Assembly: GCA_023473785.1 (NCBI GenBank)
Contig: JAMCYD010000029.1
Span: 1-34,984, forward strand
Length of the DNA stretch: 34,984 nucleotides
Origin: Patescibacteria group bacterium
GTDB lineage: Bacteria; Patescibacteriota; Microgenomatia; Levybacterales; UBA12049
Reading direction: 5' to 3'
Shown piece by piece: positions 18,344 to 26,961 of the stretch (its first letter is position 1; the number at the start of each line of letters is the position of its first letter). The notes beneath the pieces were generated by a model. It did no database searches. It was not told where the DNA came from and worked only from the letters and a program-made list of their open reading frames with translations. Both the position numbers and the translations under genes were made by a program.

Positions 18344-20056
18344 GGTAACTTGCTGTTTTCTTTTAATTTCCAGATCTACTAATCCAGTAAGCAATTTAAT
18401 TAAATTGTCTCTTCTCTGGCAAAGTGTTCTAGCGATATAGCTTTTTATTCCCTCGTTGCGCATATGTTTAAGTGTTGTTTCTGCATCTTGAGTCCACCTT
18501 AGATCTCGAAAGAATCTTGCCGAAAGAACTCCATCCACGATATATCCTTTTTCAATATCACTCTGAGAGGGATCTCTATAAGAAAAGATGGTTTGAGAGA
18601 GTTTATCTTTCGAGGACTGTATTTTTCTTTCAAACCCTTCTAAGATTATTACTTCATCCTCTCTTTGGGGATATCCCGCTTCTTCTACTGCCGATCTGAT
18701 TTCCTGATCCTGAAGTGTTCCTAGTCTTGCAAGACTCTTTTTTAGAAGATCAGGGTCTGCGATTCTAATAAAACCGTTAGGTCCCCCTTCAATCGTTAAA
18801 ACATTTGCATAAGCTTCATTAACAGGGACATCTGCATTTGGATTATCATCAGGAACTGTTCTTAAAAGATCCCACATATTTTCAGGAGTAACTTCTCCAC
18901 TGAAACCTTTTAAACCACCGGTTGCACGCGAGAAAAGGGCTGCCCCGTGATCTATAAATGCTATTTTTCCATCCTTCATCATTACATTGTGAGGTCTACG
19001 ATTATACTGGCTTAGAAGAAGATCAATAATTAAACCTTCTTGAAGGTATTGGTTTATTAGGTACTTTTGACTGAGCTCAAAGGGATTAGCCTCCTCATAG
19101 TATCCTTCAAGAAATCCGACAACTAATACGCTTGAAGTTGTTGTTGTACCTTCTTTAGAAGTTTCCACTATATCTTGAAGATTAATGTCTGGAACTGGTA
19201 GTCCCATCAATTTCATGATTCTATTTTGAACAATTTCAGATTGAAGAGTGTGCTTTGCCTCGGGAGGCGACTTCTTAACTACAAACCTTCTTCCTTCCTC
19301 GTCTTGCCAAATCTCAATCATGTTAGATACTTGTTTTGCTCCTGTCAGCTTTTTAACAAGGAATTTTGTTCCTAAAGGAGTTTCCCATACATCTAACGTC
19401 TCGTCTTGATGATTTTCTTGTCCTACAAGTTTTGCTCCTGAGATATCAATTAAATCTGAAACAACTTGCTCTCTCGATTCCAATACGGCTCGAGATATGG
19501 CCTGTTCCTCAACCCACTTTTGAAGTTTGGGATTTCCAGACAGAACACCCAAGCTTTTAAGTTTCGAGGCAGAGTTTAAAAAATCTTCTAGTTTTTGTTT
19601 CGCCTGGGCAGTATCAAGTGAGGGATTTAGGGTTGTAATTCTTGTCTTTCCATTTTCATCAATTTCTATTTTGTTAAGAGGATTTTGGGGATCAGGTACA
19701 TAGGAAATATCCTCTATGCGAGGATAGTCAAATCGAGGTCTTTTTCCTAAAATGCCTGCTTTTACTCCATGAGCAAGAAGAGAAAATTCGGGAGTAAGAA
19801 GAAGGTCATTCTCGATCCCCAAGCGTCTCAATTCATTTATAGCCGCGACCGCTTTTGATCCGAGATCAGATTTTGCCTTATCGAAGAGATCTTTGGCTTG
19901 AGATTTGTCTTCAGATTTAAGACTTTCTTTTTCAGCCTTTCTTTCAAGGACTTCTTCAAAAGAAGGAAGTTTTCTCTCCCTTCTTAGTCTATTGTGTTTT
20001 ATCTGTTCGGTTGGAGGACTAGAAGAGATAGCTTCCTGTCCGTCTCTGATTTCCAT
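18332..20056 (-). CDS. hypothetical protein with a possible protein-kinase-like core lacking the catalytic Asp
   Basis: 574 aa. Candidate kinase landmarks: GRRFVVKK (beta3 Lys), QSEIVQNRI (alphaC Glu), VVGFLEG (hinge), QYNRRPHNVMM (aligns to HRDLKPEN with Asp replaced by Asn), and AFIDHG (DFG-like). This alignment was done by eye only. Confidence 0.3.
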   Translation of the reverse strand: MEIRDGQEAISSSPPTEQIKHNRLRRERKLPSFEEVLERKAEKESLKSEDKSQAKDLFDKAKSDLGSKAVAAINELRRLGIENDLLLTPEFSLLAHGVKAGILGKRPRFDYPRIEDISYVPDPQNPLNKIEIDENGKTRITTLNPSLDTAQAKQKLEDFLNSASKLKSLGVLSGNPKLQKWVEEQAISRAVLESREQVVSDLIDISGAKLVGQENHQDETLDVWETPLGTKFLVKKLTGAKQVSNMIEIWQDEEGRRFVVKKSPPEAKHTLQSEIVQNRIMKLMGLPVPDINLQDIVETSKEGTTTTSSVLVVGFLEGYYEEANPFELSQKYLINQYLQEGLIIDLLLSQYNRRPHNVMMKDGKIAFIDHGAALFSRATGGLKGFSGEVTPENMWDLLRTVPDDNPNADVPVNEAYANVLTIEGGPNGFIRIADPDLLKKSLARLGTLQDQEIRSAVEEAGYPQREDEVIILEGFERKIQSSKDKLSQTIFSYRDPSQSDIEKGYIVDGVLSARFFRDLRWTQDAETTLKHMRNEGIKSYIARTLCQRRDNLIKLLTGLVDLEIKRKQQVTSAA

Positions 20057-20118
20057 AATTTTTAATCTGCAAACTTCTTTGGAGTTCTTCTTCGCTAACC
20101 TCCTCCTTTGGCCAGGTC

Positions 20119-23100
20119 TTACGGGGAAGAAGCCAAAAGTTCAAAAGCCATTTCGGCTATACGTTCGGGAGCAATTCTATTAATTAATTTTTTACTTTCG
20201 TCTGTTTCCATGACATCTACCGTTGGTAATCTTTCTTCCTCCTCTTGAGTTAGGGTTATTTGTTTTTGCTTGGGACTTGAAGCCCACATGGAAGGAGGGA
20301 AATTTCTTGGCATATAGATGGTTGCAACATTGGGTCCACCTTCAATCGCTACAGCTACATGTGCAAGCCCCGTATCATTTGACAAAACTACGTTTTGGTG
20401 ACTCAAGAGAACAGCAGCTTCAACAAGGGTAGACGATATAATATTTACTCTATCAAGGACTCCAACCCCTCTTAAGGCATTTTCTATCTCCTCTTTTGTG
20501 TAGGAAGGATCTTGAGGACCACCATTATATAAAAGATTAAACTGGTAATTAGGGTCTCTAGTAGCCATTATTTTTATGGTCTCAGCCCAATTTGAGAGGC
20601 TATATCTTTTACCGGGTATTTTGGATTCGATTACAATGCCAATTTGAGGACTTGAGGGATTAATGCTGTATCTGCTCGTAAGAGACCCGTAGATGCTCGT
20701 TTCATTAGGAGGAAGAGCTATTGTGGTTTTTGCATCTTGAGGCATAATCGTTCCTTCAGATAACGAGAAGAGATCCTCGATAAAACGTGCATATTTCGCT
20801 TGGCCATCAGAGTTATTATTATAAAGCTCAATTGCTGGAGAAAATAGGTTTGAGATAAAAGTTATTCTTTTCTTTGTTCCGTCTTCCTGAGAAGTTACTA
20901 CTGGATTCTCAGCTCTATAATGTTCAAAGTCAATGATCAAGGGGTTACGGGCAGAAGATGTTAACGCTTGAGCAGATGCATTTTGAAAACCATAACCCCT
21001 TAAGGCTGGAATTAATTTTATTTTTTCAGTTTCAAAACCTTTAAAGAGTTCTTGATGGTCCTTGTTTATTATTACGTTAATCTTGATATTCCTGCCTTCA
21101 ATAGCTTTTTTAATTGCTTGGAGATAAGCGGTTGCAATTACCGCATCTCCAATTGCTCCTCCAAGGATGACATATATTTCATCGCATCTATCAAGGGCCT
21201 CTCGGATTTCCTTTAACGCTTTTTTTCCCTCTTGCTGATCAGTCAAAATTTCTCCCGAAGAAGAGGTTCTCAAAACATCCCTAATTCTTGATCCCTTTGG
21301 AAATATCCCTTCAGGATAATATGGATAAATTAATTCGGGAGGAATAAGTGCCTCGAGAGGATGTCTTGGGGCAAAGGGGATGGGGATAATAGGTGGTGCT
21401 TCAAATGTTTCATGAAGAGGAGGAATTATATCAATGGCGAAGTGGTGGGTAATCATAGATTCTGAAGGCGGAATTGCGTTAATGATTTCAGATGGGATTG
21501 GTTGAGGAGAGGAAGTTTCCAGAGCAACCGAGGCGAGAGAATGGACAGTAGTTCCGCCGGGGATTGTTCCTTCCTGCAGTACAGAGCCTGATCTAAGAAG
21601 ATTTCCATCTTTTTCCAAAATTGCAGATGCAATTGATCTTACTCCTTGAATCTCCCCGGTTTGAGGATTAAAAAGCTCTTGCGGTAATCGGGCGTTTCCC
21701 AAATTGTCTGCTCCCAGCATAATTTGTCTTCCGTCGTTTAAATCAACTACAAAAACCATGTCGTTATGATGAATAGGACCATTTGCTGTAATCAGCTGAT
21801 CCAGCACTTGATCGTGCATTGGGGCAACTCCGGGGAGATTGGAAGGGATAAGGTCACCCTTTATGTCTCCGCCAAAATTAAGTATTCCCTTTTGATCAGT
21901 TACCCATCTGCCATTTTCATCTAAATACTGACCAATATGAAGAGTGAGCTCGTTATGAGTATGCTCCCCAGTCTGCGCAACAATATCGGGACGAAGAACA
22001 TGAAAATTCCAGGATTTTCGTACCATGTCTGTTTCGATAATGCCTTGTTTTTGAAGCTCTGAAGGAGAGGAAGATAAAAGATGGTCAACTGCAGTAACAC
22101 TACCTGCCTGATGAGCTTCAGTGACATTAAATCCGGCAGCCGCTAAATCACGATGAAGTGCTGCGAAATCAACATTTGGATTACCTATTTGGTCAAAGGT
22201 TAATGTCCCGTCTGGCGACACATGTCCTTCTAGGGTTGCATTGGCTAAAGTATCATGAATTGTTACATGGTTTGTAACTCCATTAACTTCAATGTCCAGT
22301 CCCTTCTGGTGAAAAGATTTGGTAAGCTCATGTTTTGAGATAGTTTCTTGAACACTAGAGAGCATAGATGGTGATCTTGCGGTAGTTTCGTGGATGCTGG
22401 AGGCAAAGCCAGAAGCAGAAAATCCGTTTCTTAGTTGCTCGGCTGCATCACGGCTTAACCCATCTCCGGCAACAATATTATGAAGGACTCCATCGGGTCC
22501 AATACTTCCCGAAGCAATTGCCTGGTGAGTAGCTTCGTCAACAATGGATACGGAGTGATCGGCGGGATTTATTACAGCCTGCATGTGATTGCCAAGCTCA
22601 GCACTTCCTCCATGAGCATAGAGATCTTTAAAGTGATCGATATTTGGTGGTCCTCCCTGTTCATGTTGACCAAAAAGCCCGGTTACTTTATGAATGCCTT
22701 TTTCTATGACAGTTTGCCCCGCAGAAAGTCCTGCTGCTCGCTCGCCCAGCGCAATGCCCTCCTGAACAAGAAATCCAGCTCCAAGACCTACTGTTCCTCC
22801 AAAAACAGCAGCTCCTGCCGCCTGTCGCAATCTATAACGGGCAAAGGCTCTATCCTGCTGCTCTCTGTTTTGGGTAAAACGGCTATTCCACTGTCCTGTA
22901 AATCTTGTTTCAAGTTCTTGGATCTCTTCATTTGACATTCCTGAATTTCTTAATGCTTGAATTGACCTAGCGACTGAATTTATTAGCACTAGACGGCCTT
23001 GTTCTACCTGTTCGCGGGATTGATAAGTAACCAAATCAACTCTCTCTCGGGAGGAAAAATCAAGCCTTGATTGTATTTCTGTAATTCTTCGGGCAACAGC

Positions 23101-24957
23101 CTCTCTGTTGGATGTCTGTCCTTCGGATAAGTCTTGGGAGAGAAGCTCCTCAAGGCTTTGCCTATCTGTTCCGGTAAGAAGCTCCTGCCCTCCGCCATTT
23201 ATCATTTGATCAACAGAAGCAGTATTGTAGGAAAGCTGCTCAAGTGCCTCTCTTCGTCTTGCGCCCTGAGGAATTCGCATATTGTAAGCTCGTTCAACCT
23301 GATGCGAAGCTCTATCGATTTTAAGGTCGTAGTTTCTTCTTGCTGCTGCGAAAAGAGCACCAGGCAAAAGTCCTGCTCCCGGAACTATAAATTGACTTGC
23401 TCTTGCGCCAAAACCCAGTCCTCTCATAAGGCCAAAAGTTCCAATTGAAAACCCCGCACCTATTGTGGCTGGATTAATAAGGGTACCGGTTAATCTATGT
23501 CTCTCTGCCCAGGCAATAGCTCTATCTACAGCGTTGAGCCTTACTTGTGTTTCTGCTGCCCAACTGGTATTGGCAAGCCTGACTTGTATCAGACTATCAA
23601 GCTCATCAAGTGAATACCTATGTGCTTCCAGATCTCCTTTTATAGCTTCTCCTGTTTCCAAAAGATCCGTTGCGAAATATTCTGCCAGCCTACCGAATTG
23701 ATTTGCGTCTCTTCCGAATACTGCCTGTACTTGCGGATCGTCTTGATGATTTTCTACAAATTCTCGAAGACGTTGCTGAATTTGGGCTTGATCGGCTATT
23801 CCTCCTTCAACCACAGGTCTTATAATGTCATTGATAATTGTTGTTCGCAGTTCTCCTTGTGCTTCTACCGTCTGTTGACCTTCTATAAGCGTGCCAGTTC
23901 TCAGTTGTTCTATTTTTGCTTGTCCTGCTTGCCTTTCCTCTGAAAGCCTATGGGTTGCGTCAACTGCTGCGTTTCTTACAACATCCATAGAGAGATAGGA
24001 GTTGTTATTCGCAAGCATTTCCCGGCTTGCTCTCTCTATATATCTTTGCCTGTGAAACTCCTCCATTACGCGAAGTCCTATTTTCCTTGGCCAATTTAAG
24101 GGATTTAAAAAGCTTCCTCTTCTCATTTCATTTCTTAATTGCTCATCCGCAAGTTCCCTTGCTCTTTTTTGAACATCCAGAGTTCTATTGATAATCATAA
24201 CTTCTCTTCGGACTTGTTCAGGAGACTCGGGTTCTGGTTCGGCGACTTCTTCTGATTCAGGCTCTGGCGTCGTCTCAGAAGGAGCCGTAGAAGTTCCATC
24301 TGTTGGTGGTTGCGCTGGGGTAATTTCAGTAGCTTCAGATGTTGGCGCTGATTCAGGTTCTGGTGAGGGTGGTGAAGGCTGAGTAGATGAAGGAGGAGTA
24401 ATTAACTCCCGGCGTCCAAAAAGAATTCTGCCTGCTTCCAGAAAATCATCATGGGGATTTCCCTTTGTAAGTCTTGGGTCAGATGATATTCTCTGAGATT
24501 CCTGGTTTATTCTTGCTATCTTACGCGAGTAGTCTTTTTTTGCCGCCCCCCTATAATATTCCTGCGAATTTCTATGAAGAATTTTTTCCAGTTCCTTGTA
24601 TTCTGTTTCATCCTCAGCTGTTAACTCGCCGCTCTTGACTCTGTCTCTAAGGAATAGGATCAGCTCATCAACGGGCACATATTCTCTCTGAGAGAATTTT
24701 TCCCCATCTTCGCTTTCGAATCTATTTAGATAAGATGCTTTTCCTTTATCTAGAGTTTCCCCCCTGATGTGCTTAATTAATTCTCTTGTAGCCTGCTGTT
24801 GTGGGGTTAATTTGTCTTCTGGATAACTTTCAAATATTGAATAAGCGGAATTGAAGGCATTAATTACAGTTTCACGACTGTCTCGAATTTCAACTCTTCT
24901 TGTGGCATCATGAGTGATTGGTGCGCCAACACCTGCTTCTCCTTCTGCTTCTGGCAT
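20119..24957 (-). CDS. 1612-aa multidomain membrane protein with a C-terminal GT9 (heptosyltransferase-like, GT-B) domain
   Basis: - Aa 186-247: Pro/Glu/Ser/Thr-rich linker (nt 24217-24402).
- Two Gly-rich hydrophobic hairpins: aa 495-540 (nt 23338-23475) and aa 712-745 (nt 22723-22824).
- Internal ~50-aa repeat at aa 798-851 and 893-943.
- Pro-rich segment at aa 1150-1215.
- GT9 blocks IYVILGGAIGDAVIATAYLQAIKK and VVLSNDTGLAHVAVAI (aa ~1258-1612, nt 20122-21186). Confidence 0.6.
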   Translation of the reverse strand: MPEAEGEAGVGAPITHDATRRVEIRDSRETVINAFNSAYSIFESYPEDKLTPQQQATRELIKHIRGETLDKGKASYLNRFESEDGEKFSQREYVPVDELILFLRDRVKSGELTAEDETEYKELEKILHRNSQEYYRGAAKKDYSRKIARINQESQRISSDPRLTKGNPHDDFLEAGRILFGRRELITPPSSTQPSPPSPEPESAPTSEATEITPAQPPTDGTSTAPSETTPEPESEEVAEPEPESPEQVRREVMIINRTLDVQKRARELADEQLRNEMRRGSFLNPLNWPRKIGLRVMEEFHRQRYIERASREMLANNNSYLSMDVVRNAAVDATHRLSEERQAGQAKIEQLRTGTLIEGQQTVEAQGELRTTIINDIIRPVVEGGIADQAQIQQRLREFVENHQDDPQVQAVFGRDANQFGRLAEYFATDLLETGEAIKGDLEAHRYSLDELDSLIQVRLANTSWAAETQVRLNAVDRAIAWAERHRLTGTLINPATIGAGFSIGTFGLMRGLGFGARASQFIVPGAGLLPGALFAAARRNYDLKIDRASHQVERAYNMRIPQGARRREALEQLSYNTASVDQMINGGGQELLTGTDRQSLEELLSQDLSEGQTSNREAVARRITEIQSRLDFSSRERVDLVTYQSREQVEQGRLVLINSVARSIQALRNSGMSNEEIQELETRFTGQWNSRFTQNREQQDRAFARYRLRQAAGAAVFGGTVGLGAGFLVQEGIALGERAAGLSAGQTVIEKGIHKVTGLFGQHEQGGPPNIDHFKDLYAHGGSAELGNHMQAVINPADHSVSIVDEATHQAIASGSIGPDGVLHNIVAGDGLSRDAAEQLRNGFSASGFASSIHETTARSPSMLSSVQETISKHELTKSFHQKGLDIEVNGVTNHVTIHDTLANATLEGHVSPDGTLTFDQIGNPNVDFAALHRDLAAAGFNVTEAHQAGSVTAVDHLLSSSPSELQKQGIIETDMVRKSWNFHVLRPDIVAQTGEHTHNELTLHIGQYLDENGRWVTDQKGILNFGGDIKGDLIPSNLPGVAPMHDQVLDQLITANGPIHHNDMVFVVDLNDGRQIMLGADNLGNARLPQELFNPQTGEIQGVRSIASAILEKDGNLLRSGSVLQEGTIPGGTTVHSLASVALETSSPQPIPSEIINAIPPSESMITHHFAIDIIPPLHETFEAPPIIPIPFAPRHPLEALIPPELIYPYYPEGIFPKGSRIRDVLRTSSSGEILTDQQEGKKALKEIREALDRCDEIYVILGGAIGDAVIATAYLQAIKKAIEGRNIKINVIINKDHQELFKGFETEKIKLIPALRGYGFQNASAQALTSSARNPLIIDFEHYRAENPVVTSQEDGTKKRITFISNLFSPAIELYNNNSDGQAKYARFIEDLFSLSEGTIMPQDAKTTIALPPNETSIYGSLTSRYSINPSSPQIGIVIESKIPGKRYSLSNWAETIKIMATRDPNYQFNLLYNGGPQDPSYTKEEIENALRGVGVLDRVNIISSTLVEAAVLLSHQNVVLSNDTGLAHVAVAIEGGPNVATIYMPRNFPPSMWASSPKQKQITLTQEEEERLPTVDVMETDESKKLINRIAPERIAEMAFELLASSP

Positions 24958-24962
24958 AATAT

Positions 24963-25382
24963 TTAGTCTTTTGGCGCCACGTCCGGGGCAGCTTTATTCT
25001 CATCAGACGTGCCAGCTGCGTTTGGCGCTGGCGCATTTCTTGCTACGGATACATTACTTAAATATAGGTTTCGAAAATCAGAAAAAGCATTGGCGAAAAC
25101 TTCCTGAGCGTTTGGCATTTTGTCTTTTAAAAACTGTTCTATTTCCGCCTGCGATTTCTTTTCCTCGTTCATTTTGATAAATTCGTCAAGATTTTCAGAT
25201 GGAAGTTTTTCAATAATTGCTGAGGCAATAAAGTTATCCAAGCGTGCAAAGAGTTCTTTTATCATTTCCTCCCTCATTTGATCATCCAGCGTTGTCATGC
25301 CGGCATCTTTAAGAAGACCATCCAGGTAATTCCTTATTTCTTGCGGAATTTCAAGTTTTGGTGCTTGATTTTGCGTGTCCAT
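24963..25382 (-). CDS. small acidic, predicted all-helical protein of unknown function, first gene of the giant-protein operon
   Basis: 139 aa with no TM and an Ala/Pro-rich C-terminal tail. Its stop lies 5 nt before the start of the 1612-aa gene. Confidence 0.4.
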   Translation of the reverse strand: MDTQNQAPKLEIPQEIRNYLDGLLKDAGMTTLDDQMREEMIKELFARLDNFIASAIIEKLPSENLDEFIKMNEEKKSQAEIEQFLKDKMPNAQEVFANAFSDFRNLYLSNVSVARNAPAPNAAGTSDENKAAPDVAPKD

Positions 25383-25388
25383 AAAATT

Positions 25389-25418
25389 AGTATGAACTAG
25401 TTAATTTATATTTGTCAA
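25389..25418 (-). promoter_or_regulatory. sigma70-like promoter placed for a leaderless transcript of the 139-aa/giant-protein operon
   Basis: On the minus strand: TTGACA (25418-25413), 18-nt spacer, CATACT (25394-25389), then 6 nt to the ATG at 25382. Its -35 hexamer overlaps, on the opposite strand, the -35 of the divergent plus-strand promoter. Confidence 0.3.
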
Positions 25419-25440
25419 GCACTACCTCTTCTTATATACT
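25412..25440 (+). promoter_or_regulatory. sigma70-like promoter placed for a leaderless transcript of the HExxH membrane protein gene
   Basis: TTGTCA (25412-25417), 17-nt spacer, TATACT (25435-25440), then 7 nt to the ATG at 25448. Confidence 0.35.
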
Positions 25441-25447
25441 TAAACAA

Positions 25448-26143
25448 ATGGTTTTTCTTTTAATTTTCATTTTTGAACTTACTTTTCTATATTTCCTATC
25501 TAATCTTTTACAAAAATCCTTATCTAGGGCGATCTTTAGTATCGTTAAAAGCGCAACAGCCACCGTTAATGTTCTTTTGATCCTTTTTCTTCCAGGAGTT
25601 ATAATCCATGAGCTTTCTCATTTTCTGGTAGCAAGTCTGCTTTTTGTCAAGACAGGGGAAATTAAATTTTTGCCAGAGATAACAGAAGAGGGAACAAGAC
25701 TTGGAAGTGTCGGAATTGGGAAAACCGATCCAATAAGGCGGGCAATTATTGGTTTTGCCCCGGTTCTTTTGGGGCTGATAGTTCTCCTTGGACTAACCTA
25801 TTATTTAACGCAGGGGAGCGCGTCAATTTCCATCATCAAACTAAGCGGAGTATATGGAATATTTTTTTATCTAATTTTAATTTATCTGTTATTTGCTGTT
25901 GGCAACACCATGTTTTCAAGTAAAAAAGATCTAGAGGGTACGATTGAGCTTTTTATTGTTCTGGGGATAATTTTCTTTGCATCTTATGTGGCGGGAATAA
26001 GAATGCAAGCTACCTGGATACAGACTTTGTTAAGAAACGAGATAATAGATTTTATTAAAAGAGTAGATTTGTTCTTTATTATTCCTATCGGAATCGATAT
26101 TTTTATATATTTATTAGCCGTCGCGTTTATTAAAAGGAGATAA
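25448..26143 (+). CDS. polytopic membrane protein with an intramembrane HExxH motif (putative zinc metalloprotease, M50/DUF3267-like)
   Basis: LPGVIIHELSHFLVA lies at the edge of a TM helix, with at least 5 further TM helices. The track ORF begins at TTG 25412. The ATG at 25448 (MVFLLIFIF...) is preferred because a good promoter occupies 25412-25440. Confidence 0.45.
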   Translation: MVFLLIFIFELTFLYFLSNLLQKSLSRAIFSIVKSATATVNVLLILFLPGVIIHELSHFLVASLLFVKTGEIKFLPEITEEGTRLGSVGIGKTDPIRRAIIGFAPVLLGLIVLLGLTYYLTQGSASISIIKLSGVYGIFFYLILIYLLFAVGNTMFSSKKDLEGTIELFIVLGIIFFASYVAGIRMQATWIQTLLRNEIIDFIKRVDLFFIIPIGIDIFIYLLAVAFIKRR

Positions 26144-26151
26144 GAAGTGAA

Positions 26152-26463
26152 TTATTTACAATTGCCAAAGCCAAATTGCTTGATGCAGGGAACATTGGTG
26201 ATATCACTTATAACGTTGACGATGAAAAATGAAAGCAGAACAATAATCAGGCCAATGATTGCATAAGTTAGGGTATTTCTTGCATCCTCAACTAGTTTTG
26301 GCTGACCTCCCGATCTGATAAATTTCAGTCCTGCGAATATAATAAAAAATACAGCGGCAATCGCTGAAAAAATAAAAATCCATTTGACAACATTCTGAAA
26401 GACTATAGGAATACAGCTAAGCGTTGCTACTCCCTCGGGGCTTAAACAGCTCGTCCAGTCCAT
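26152..26463 (-). CDS. VirB2/TrbC-like T4SS pilin paralogue 1
   Basis: 103 aa with two TM helices around the shared core FAGLKFIRSGGQPKLVEDARNTLTYAIIGLIIV. An N-terminal Cys-x10-Cys loop is present and there is no signal peptide. Confidence 0.6.
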   Translation of the reverse strand: MDWTSCLSPEGVATLSCIPIVFQNVVKWIFIFSAIAAVFFIIFAGLKFIRSGGQPKLVEDARNTLTYAIIGLIIVLLSFFIVNVISDITNVPCIKQFGFGNCK

Positions 26464-26515
26464 ATAATAAGATTAGCAAGGAAAAAATAAAAAGGCAAGA
26501 TTAGAACAGAAGAAC

Positions 26516-26953
26516 TTATGGGCACTTTAATGGATTTCCTGCGAGATCATTGATTGTCAGATTGGTTACCGGATTAGGCTGGCCAAGCAGCTGGAAAATT
26601 AATCCAATGATGAAAAAGGCACCGACAACTATAACAAGACCTACTATTGCGGCAACAATGTGATTTCTTGCCGTTTCAACCGCACTTTTATCTCCGCCTG
26701 ATAATATCCACTTAACGCCACCAAAGATAAGAAATATCACCGCAATAACTATGCCGATTATAAAAACAAGCTGAATTAAGAATTGAGGAACTTTTGTCAG
26801 ACAGATATTACCAATTGATCCTGCCGGAGGAGCAATGGTTACGTTTTGTGCAAAAGCAGAAGCAGCAAGTAATAAATAAGATGAAGCCGTCGCGATAAAT
26901 CCTAATGATTTCCTCATTAATCTTATAATAGGGAGCTTTTTTGGGTTTGTCAA
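26516..26953 (-). CDS. VirB2/TrbC-like T4SS pilin paralogue 2
   Basis: 145 aa with a signal peptide ending AFAQ. Core: FGGVKWILSGGDKSAVETARNHIVAAIVGLVIV. Confidence 0.6.
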   Translation of the reverse strand: MTNPKKLPIIRLMRKSLGFIATASSYLLLAASAFAQNVTIAPPAGSIGNICLTKVPQFLIQLVFIIGIVIAVIFLIFGGVKWILSGGDKSAVETARNHIVAAIVGLVIVVGAFFIIGLIFQLLGQPNPVTNLTINDLAGNPLKCP

Positions 26954-26961
26954 GTCCCGAT

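Noticed and set aside
20099-20109. Strong Shine-Dalgarno-like GGAGGAGG (minus strand) just downstream of the giant gene stop
   Set aside because: No ATG, GTG or TTG follows within 5-12 nt, and the next start (20056) is about 40 nt away. It is too far to serve that gene, and no small ORF could be defined.
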